A DNA stretch of 32,000 nucleotides, taken from NCBI RefSeq assembly GCF_030123405.1, contig NZ_CP126110.1:4905125-4937124 (forward strand). Direction: 5' to 3'. A program made the translations under genes and the position numbers. The stretch comes from Neobacillus sp. WH10 (GTDB lineage: Bacteria; Bacillota; Bacilli; Bacillales; Cytobacillaceae). Below are positions 26,000 through 32,000 of the stretch, piece by piece. A model generated the notes under the pieces. That model was not told the DNA's origin and made no database searches. It was given only the letters and a program-made list of their open reading frames with translations. The first letter of the stretch is position 1. Each line of letters starts with the position of its first letter.

Positions 26000-26899
26000 T
26001 CATAACATACCTTCAAAAGCCCGTAATCCTGCACCAACAACCCCATTATTCTGCGCCAATGTACTGATACTCATCTGGCCTAAAAGATGTTGTTGTTCAG
26101 GAAGCTGATGTGATTTTAGCTTTTCCTTGATCAACTCAAGCAAAAAAGGATTATTCACGATGACACTGCCGCCGAAAACCATTTTGTGCGGATCCAATAA
26201 GCTAGAAATCGCATAAAGGCCTTGAGCTAAATGGTCGGTCACCTCGTCAATAATTGGTTGATATTCCTGTTCCCCATTTAGATAACCCGCAAACACATCC
26301 TTAGTTGAAATGGTATCTACCTTCAATTCCTTTTCGGCTAATCTCTGGATCCCCGGTCCAGCAGCAATTTTTTCTAACCGTTCATTGACTCCCTTCGAAA
26401 GGACCGGGATCAGACCAAGCTCCCCAGCAAATCCAGCTCCCCTGAAAAATGAACCATTATGAATGATAGAACAGGAGATTCCCGTACTGATTGTCACGTA
26501 GACAAAGGTCTCTGCCCTTTTTACCTGTGCCGCTTTCCATTCTGCAAAAGTCGCCATATAGACATCATTGTCAATCGTGATCCGCTCGATGCCAAATCGC
26601 TCCTGTAAACGGGCTGTAACGGGAAACTGTTTCCAAGGCAAATTGTTTTGAAAAACAGCGATGCCCTTCTCACGATTCACTTTTCCTGGTACTCCAACAC
26701 CAATGCCCTCAATGTCACCGATTGAAACCGAGGATTTTCCGAGAACATTTTCCACCGCTTCTACAACTCTCTCAAACATATTTTCCCGGTCTGAAGGATC
26801 ACTTTTTACTTCCGTACGTTCAAGCAGTTCGCCCGTATCCGAAATGATTCCCGCTGCAATCTTCGTCCCGCCAATATCAATGCCGATAGCTCTTTTCAT
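26000..26899 (-). CDS. ROK family sugar kinase (candidate N-acetylgalactosamine/hexosamine kinase)
   Basis: 299 aa. N-terminal ATP motif IGIDIGGTKIAAG, then ROK-type glycine-rich blocks (GVGVPG, FRGAGFAGELG). No N-terminal HTH, so a kinase rather than a repressor. Substrate is inferred from context only. Confidence 0.7.
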   Translation of the reverse strand: MKRAIGIDIGGTKIAAGIISDTGELLERTEVKSDPSDRENMFERVVEAVENVLGKSSVSIGDIEGIGVGVPGKVNREKGIAVFQNNLPWKQFPVTARLQERFGIERITIDNDVYMATFAEWKAAQVKRAETFVYVTISTGISCSIIHNGSFFRGAGFAGELGLIPVLSKGVNERLEKIAAGPGIQRLAEKELKVDTISTKDVFAGYLNGEQEYQPIIDEVTDHLAQGLYAISSLLDPHKMVFGGSVIVNNPFLLELIKEKLKSHQLPEQQHLLGQMSISTLAQNNGVVGAGLRAFEGML

Positions 26900-27462
26900 T
26901 TGTCCGCACCTCTAAATTCATATATTTGAATCACAGAATCATTTTCTTAAAAAAGGAAAACTGTAATGAAGAAATATTTCGCTTCCTTTTCTTGCGTTAT
27001 GATCGTTAAGAAGTCGTATTAACGACCGATCTAATAGTTTTTCTTGCATTTCGGGCGTTTAGTGGACCCTTTAAGCGACCGTCTACGAGGATCTTTCACC
27101 TTGACAGGCTAATAAACTAATAGATTAAAGGCAGACATTCCTGCCAAGAAAACTATCTTTTATCTTTTTCGTCCTCTTTCTTTACTATTTACGGGAAAAG
27201 TATACAAATGAAAAAGCGTTTTCACAATAAACATCTTGTTTTGTTTTTTAGATATCTTGCCTATTCCTTCGAGAAATCCGTCGGTATTTTACCGATAGAA
27301 TACTTAATATCCGTTCAAGTAAAATTTTGCATACTTAATTTCAGATATATCAATTATTACTAGCTTTTCTTCCAGGTTATTCTTTGTTCAATCCTTCAAT
27401 CAGTTGACCAATCTATCGCCTTCACAATACCGAAATGCCAAGAACGCGAAGAAAAATAAAGC

Positions 27463-27503
27463 AAAAAAATAAGGAAGCGCGAGAACCTTCCTCACACTTC
27501 CTT
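27463..27503 (-). terminator. intrinsic terminator after lacD
   Basis: Minus strand: AAGGAAGTG...CGCTTCCTT (9 bp including one G-U pair) followed by ATTTTTTT. It begins 12 nt after the stop codon. Confidence 0.65.
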
Positions 27504-27514
27504 ACCTTGCTTCC

Positions 27515-28504
27515 TTACTCTGAGATTTTTTCAAACCACGAGCTTGCTGTCTCTTTCAAGACAATATTAAGTTCTTCGATATTTTTTTTGCCGGTATCTT
27601 GTAACCATGCACGTCCGGCTTGTTCCCCATTTTCAGCAAAAGGAGCGACGCCATTTTTCCATGTCGCACGGCCGCAAAGAACACCATTAAAGGTGGAGCC
27701 GGATTCTTTAGCAAACTTTAATGTTTCCTGGAATAATTCTGCACTTACGCCTGCGCTTAAGAAAATAAATGGCAGATCTGTTGCTTCACTTTGCTCTTTG
27801 AAATATGCTGCCGCTTCTTCCTTGCTATAGGCTGTTTCGCCTTCTGCGTATCCTTCTACAAACTTCATATCTACAGGAACTTCTACCTTCAAAACGTCTA
27901 CCTTGTACTGTGGCTTGGAGAATTCTCTCATTGCCTCAATAACCTTATGCGGCTTCACTTTTGCGTACTCTAAACTCTTCACATCATCATTTTTGGCATC
28001 ATATGACACAATTTCAAGGAAAAACGGAATGTCTTCTGCTGCACACTCAGAGCCGACCCGTTCCATATAAACATGCTTAAAGTCATTAATTTTTTCATCT
28101 TCATCTACATCATAGTACAGTAAAAATTTAACCGCATCTGCTCCAGCTTCCTTCAACCGTCTAACAGACCATTCCGGCAATAAATCTGGTAAACGTCCCA
28201 CGGCGGTTGCATCATAGCCTGTTTTTTCATATGCCACTAATAACCCAGCTTCCGGATGGCGGACTTTCGCAGCCGGCAAACCATATTCCGGATCCAATAG
28301 GATTGATGTCGCATAAGGTGTCAACTCTTCTGAAACCAATTCTTTAAAGCGGATGATTCCCTCATCTCCGACAGAACTTGAACTTCCTGCCGCAATCATT
28401 TTCTTTAATGAACCGCGTTGATCAATTGCCAAAGCCCCAATAATTCCATTTTCATCCGATAAACGCTTAAGAGCCGCTACTTTATTTTTCGTTAATTCTA
28501 ACAT
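27515..28504 (-). CDS. lacD: tagatose-1,6-bisphosphate aldolase (class I, LacD family)
   Basis: Very close to staphylococcal/streptococcal LacD as I remember it ([84 protein letters not shown]). The ATG at 28504 has better RBS spacing than the one at 28510. Confidence 0.85.
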   Translation of the reverse strand: MLELTKNKVAALKRLSDENGIIGALAIDQRGSLKKMIAAGSSSSVGDEGIIRFKELVSEELTPYATSILLDPEYGLPAAKVRHPEAGLLVAYEKTGYDATAVGRLPDLLPEWSVRRLKEAGADAVKFLLYYDVDEDEKINDFKHVYMERVGSECAAEDIPFFLEIVSYDAKNDDVKSLEYAKVKPHKVIEAMREFSKPQYKVDVLKVEVPVDMKFVEGYAEGETAYSKEEAAAYFKEQSEATDLPFIFLSAGVSAELFQETLKFAKESGSTFNGVLCGRATWKNGVAPFAENGEQAGRAWLQDTGKKNIEELNIVLKETASSWFEKISE

Positions 28505-28566
28505 CGACATTCACCTCTATTAATCTATTTTTGTAACCTCAACTAGTTAAAAAAATTGGGTTTCAA

Positions 28567-29502
28567 TTAATCTATTTTCGTAACCTCTACTAACTCAAAA
28601 AATTGGCCGAACTTAGCACGATCAATGTAACCTGTTCCTGCTTCCATCGTATTAAGCATGCCTGTCGTCATGGCTGTTTTCAGAACGTCTGGAACTGACT
28701 GCTTTCGTTTTAAAGCAACCGCTAATCCAGCAACGGTGGCATCACCGGAGCCGACAGGGTTCACCACGTCAATCGAAGGAATGGTAACCCGGTAATAATC
28801 CGTACCATGCTTAACAAAGGCACCATCCCCGCCCATCGAAACAACAACCCATTCAATCCCATGAAACCATTCATTTGTTAATACTTGTTTCAAACTGCTT
28901 ATGCTTTGTTCCACTTCTACACCAAGCAGCTGAGATAGCTCCGTGATATTGGGCTTAATCACAAATGGTTTTACCTTCTGCAGCAAAACCTGTCGGAGCG
29001 GCTCCCCTGATGTATCAACAATTACAGGAATCCCCATCTCTCGGCCCATTTCTACCATCCCCCGGTAAAACCCAGGATCAAGTCCTTTTGGTAAACTGCC
29101 CGAAATCGTTACAAGTGAAACACCAGTTAGTAATTCACGATATTTTTCCAAAAAAGCTGCCGCGTCTTCCGCCGAAAGTGTCGGTCCGGATTCTAGAATT
29201 TCCGTCTGCTTGCCATCATGGAGAATGGCGATACAGTTTCTTGATTCTTGATTGATTTTTAAAAAATTATTATCGATATCGCTTTTCGTCAATTCCTGAA
29301 CAATGTAGTCGCCAATGTTTCCGCCGAGCACACCTGTCGCCAGGACGTCTTCCCCCATCTGCTTGACGACGCGGGCCACATTTAATCCTTTTCCACCGGC
29401 GGTTTTATAAACATTATCTACACGGTTTACATCATCCAATTTGAATTCTTGAATCGGATAGGAAATATCCATGGATGGATTCATCGTGACAGTTAAAATC
29501 AT
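28567..29502 (-). CDS. lacC: tagatose-6-phosphate kinase (PfkB family, LacC-like)
   Basis: MILTVTMNPSMDISYPI...LDDVNRV...KTAGGKGLNVARV...RNCIAILH...VNPVGSGDATVAG. Start at 29502 follows AGAGGGAG; the track's upstream extension to 29556 is rejected. Confidence 0.8.
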   Translation of the reverse strand: MILTVTMNPSMDISYPIQEFKLDDVNRVDNVYKTAGGKGLNVARVVKQMGEDVLATGVLGGNIGDYIVQELTKSDIDNNFLKINQESRNCIAILHDGKQTEILESGPTLSAEDAAAFLEKYRELLTGVSLVTISGSLPKGLDPGFYRGMVEMGREMGIPVIVDTSGEPLRQVLLQKVKPFVIKPNITELSQLLGVEVEQSISSLKQVLTNEWFHGIEWVVVSMGGDGAFVKHGTDYYRVTIPSIDVVNPVGSGDATVAGLAVALKRKQSVPDVLKTAMTTGMLNTMEAGTGYIDRAKFGQFFELVEVTKID

Positions 29503-29521
29503 CGCACTCCCTCTTTCCCAA

Positions 29522-30676
29522 TCAGTTCTCAGCTTGGTACCGGCAAACACCATCAAGATACGTCGCCATTAATTCGAGCTCAGGCGTTAATACGATAAAA
29601 TCTGCATCATGGCTGATTGCAATCTTTCCGCATTCCCTATCCATACCAATACTTTTCGCAGGTGCTGTACTTGCCATGTAGATGGCTTCCTCCGGGGTTG
29701 CATTCCCCCAAGCGACGACATTTTTGACAGCATCTTTTAATTGCAAAATACTGCCCGCTAAACTTCCGCTTTCCAAACGAGCCGCCCCGTTCTTCACTTC
29801 GACAGGGAATTCTCCGAGCTGATAGCGACCTTCCGGCATACCGCCTGCCATCATGCAATCGGTCACCATCACGGTTTCCTTCCTGCCGCGGGCATTCATT
29901 AAAATATTTGCAGCAACAGGATGAACGTGATGTCCATCACAAATAATTTCGGCAAACACATTTGGCAGATTCATAGCTGCGCCCGCCATTCCCGGATCAC
30001 GATGGTGCAGCCCGCTCATGCCATTGAACGTATGAACAAAAATTGAAGCTCCCTTTTCAACCGCTTGTTTTGCCTCATCATACGTCGCGTCACTATGAGC
30101 AAGCGCAACCGTAACCTGATCGTTCACAGCGAACTCAATAAATTCAGCTGCACCCTTTCTTTCAGGAGCAAGTGCAATTTTTTTAATAAAATGACCCGAT
30201 TTCTTTTGCCATGTTTCCAGCAATTCGACTGAAGGGTCAGAAAAATAATTCGTGTTTTGAGCCCCTTTGTGCCTTTCTGTAAAAAATGGTCCTTCTAAGA
30301 AGATTCCTTTTATTTTGGCACCCTTCACCTTCGTATAATTTTCTCCTATCATCGCCACCACATTGTTCAACGATTCGGCCGAAGAGGTTAACGTAGTAGG
30401 TAAAAACGACGTCACGCCACATGAAAGCAGCCCCTCGGAAATTGCCATCAATCCGTCTAAGTCATTGTCCATGACATCATGATTTTTAAAGCCATGAATG
30501 TGCGTATCGACTAAACCCGGAGCAACCCATTGTCCGGCATAATCGATTACCTCAGCCGTTTCATTTGGCAATGTCTCATAAAAGGTACCAAATTTCCCGT
30601 CTTTTATTTCCAGAAAACCAGGACCTGCCACCCCATCCTCAAGAAAAAACTTGTCTGCGTAAACAAATAGTTCCAT
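29522..30676 (-). CDS. nagA: N-acetylhexosamine-6-phosphate deacetylase (NagA/AgaA family amidohydrolase)
   Basis: Metal-binding motifs GLVDTHIHG, ALAHSDATY, HTFNGMS and ICDGHHV. Start at the ATG at 30676 after AGGTG; the track's GTG at 30685 lies inside that RBS. GalNAc-6-P versus GlcNAc-6-P preference cannot be read from sequence. Confidence 0.8.
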   Translation of the reverse strand: MELFVYADKFFLEDGVAGPGFLEIKDGKFGTFYETLPNETAEVIDYAGQWVAPGLVDTHIHGFKNHDVMDNDLDGLMAISEGLLSCGVTSFLPTTLTSSAESLNNVVAMIGENYTKVKGAKIKGIFLEGPFFTERHKGAQNTNYFSDPSVELLETWQKKSGHFIKKIALAPERKGAAEFIEFAVNDQVTVALAHSDATYDEAKQAVEKGASIFVHTFNGMSGLHHRDPGMAGAAMNLPNVFAEIICDGHHVHPVAANILMNARGRKETVMVTDCMMAGGMPEGRYQLGEFPVEVKNGAARLESGSLAGSILQLKDAVKNVVAWGNATPEEAIYMASTAPAKSIGMDRECGKIAISHDADFIVLTPELELMATYLDGVCRYQAEN

Positions 30677-30730
30677 AATCTGCACCTCTGTTTAGAAAAG
30701 AGAAAGACTGAACATCCCTTTCCCACTGAA

Positions 30731-31897
30731 TTACTTGTATTCGTGGATCGTAACACCTTTTACAACACGATTGACCGTTCCGCTTGGTGAAGGAGTATCC
30801 GGTGTATTCCCAACTTTAATCGAAGCTAGCAGGGCGAGCGTTTGTCCGACCATGACGTACGGCAGCGACAGGTAGGCATCCGGCACTGCGCGTGCTTCGC
30901 TGTCAAATAAGAACGTATCACCTTCATAATTCGTGTCTCCATCCACTGCAATGGCACAAATATAGCTGGCGATGCTATCCTGTCTCAATTCATTTAAGAT
31001 ATCGAGATCGTAACGGCGTGTATATGGTTGGTTGGAAACAAACACAAACACGACCGCTTTTTCATTCACAAATGATTTAGGACCGTGGCGGAATCCGAGT
31101 GATGAGTCAAAAGAAGTAGCAATTTTCCCGGCAGTTAACTCTAATATTTTTAATTGTGCTTCTCTCGCTAAGCCTTCAAAGCCACCTGAGCCAAGATAAA
31201 TGATTCGTTCAAAATCGGCAGCAATCATTTTTTTAATATCAGCTTCTCTACTAATGACACTTTTACCCATGCGTTGAATTGTTTCGACAATGTTCATTTT
31301 TTCTTCAACTGACAGCGAATCAAAAATGAGCAGTGCAGTTAAAGCCATACATGTGTAGCTTCCCGTCATTGCAAAGCCTTGGTCATTGGACCTTTCAGGC
31401 ATCAATAATAAGAGATTGCTCTCATCCCCTTGTGCCCGTTGTGCCAACTTCCCATCCTTAGAGCAGGTGATCGTAATCTGATAGAGGTCCGATACCACTT
31501 GTTCTGCTAATTCCACTGTCGTAACGCTTTCCGGACTGTTGCCGCTTCTGGCAAATGAAATTAATAATGTCGGAATGTCTGATTTTAGAAATTGGTAAGG
31601 GTTTGACACGATTGCTGTTGTTGGAACACTCATCAAGTCCCACTGTTTTTCATCCACTTTTTCCTTTAAGTAGGGAGTTACGGTGTCACCCACATAGGCG
31701 GAGGTTCCAGCTCCTGTAAAAATAACTCGGATACGTTCATGCTTTTCTGTTAAGTTCTGCAAGAACGCTTCAATCTGCTGACGCTTCTCCTTATACAATA
31801 CAAGTGTTTCGCCCCATAATTCAGGCTGTTGTTTAATTTCACCTGTTGTAATCAATGCCCCTAATGACATTAATTTTTCCTTACTTACTGTAAACAA
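30731..31897 (-). CDS. agaS: SIS-domain AgaS-type galactosamine-6-phosphate deaminase/isomerase (paralogue 2)
   Basis: About 75% amino-acid identity to 24773-25939 by eye, along the full length. A TTG start at 31897 after AAGAGGAG gives the same 388-aa length as paralogue 1. Confidence 0.75.
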   Translation of the reverse strand: MFTVSKEKLMSLGALITTGEIKQQPELWGETLVLYKEKRQQIEAFLQNLTEKHERIRVIFTGAGTSAYVGDTVTPYLKEKVDEKQWDLMSVPTTAIVSNPYQFLKSDIPTLLISFARSGNSPESVTTVELAEQVVSDLYQITITCSKDGKLAQRAQGDESNLLLLMPERSNDQGFAMTGSYTCMALTALLIFDSLSVEEKMNIVETIQRMGKSVISREADIKKMIAADFERIIYLGSGGFEGLAREAQLKILELTAGKIATSFDSSLGFRHGPKSFVNEKAVVFVFVSNQPYTRRYDLDILNELRQDSIASYICAIAVDGDTNYEGDTFLFDSEARAVPDAYLSLPYVMVGQTLALLASIKVGNTPDTPSPSGTVNRVVKGVTIHEYK

Positions 31898-32000
31898 ATC
31901 TAACACTCCTCTTATTTTTTTGGGTGTTTTCCTAAAAAGTTGATTTAACTACGTTTAAACTCTTAAAAAATCATAATATAGTTAAAAAAGACAACATATA

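Noticed and set aside
27209-27224. TGAAAAAGCGTTTTCA as a canonical CcpA cre site
   Set aside because: The arms are perfect, but the spacing is 2 nt longer than the 14-mer cre consensus. It is kept only as a generic operator-like palindrome in a finding.
27435-27830. 131-aa ORF on the plus strand
   Set aside because: It starts in the lacD terminator region and runs antisense through lacD. It has no RBS and a low-complexity, basic composition.
1-32000. Mobile genetic element, prophage, defence island or toxin-antitoxin content
   Set aside because: I recognised no integrase, transposase, recombinase, phage structural gene, restriction-modification, Cas, nuclease/helicase or NTPase defence gene, or small paired TA gene in any frame. 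Only short non-autonomous repeats are present.

Overview
About 32 kb of chromosomal DNA from a low-GC Gram-positive bacterium. Bacillaceae is suggested by GGAGG-type RBSs, sigma-A-like promoters and T-box leaders. I found no rRNA or tRNA genes, CRISPR arrays, transposases, integrases or recognisable defence or toxin genes. All functional calls rest on motifs I recognise in the translations and on hand-folded RNA; no database search was run.

Gene content, left to right:
- kynU (cut by the window edge) with a divergent TetR regulator.
- A YhhN / glutathione peroxidase pair.
- phhA-phhB (phenylalanine hydroxylase plus pterin dehydratase), preceded by three near-identical tandem T-box leaders.
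- A remnant of an ECF41 sigma factor.
- An AraC regulator with a divergent SDR.
- A structured leader followed by an ABC-F ATPase.
- Two protease-propeptide-only ORFs.
- A Met-type T-box controlling a DUF62 SAM hydrolase plus a dedicated ECF importer (S, fused A-A', T).
- LtrA.
- A flavodoxin-like NAD(P)H oxidoreductase with a divergent MarR.
- An O-glycan / GalNAc locus: a secreted 1458-aa GH101-like endo-alpha-N-acetylgalactosaminidase, two AgaS paralogues, a ROK kinase, LacD, LacC and NagA/AgaA.

Most notable:
1. The Met-T-box / DUF62 / ECF operon, a candidate SAM-scavenging route to methionine.
2. The triple tandem T-box array in front of a tyrosine-forming enzyme.
3. The GH101-centred GalNAc/tagatose locus.
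4. Two families of small dispersed structured repeats. Both copies of one family sit immediately after intrinsic terminators.
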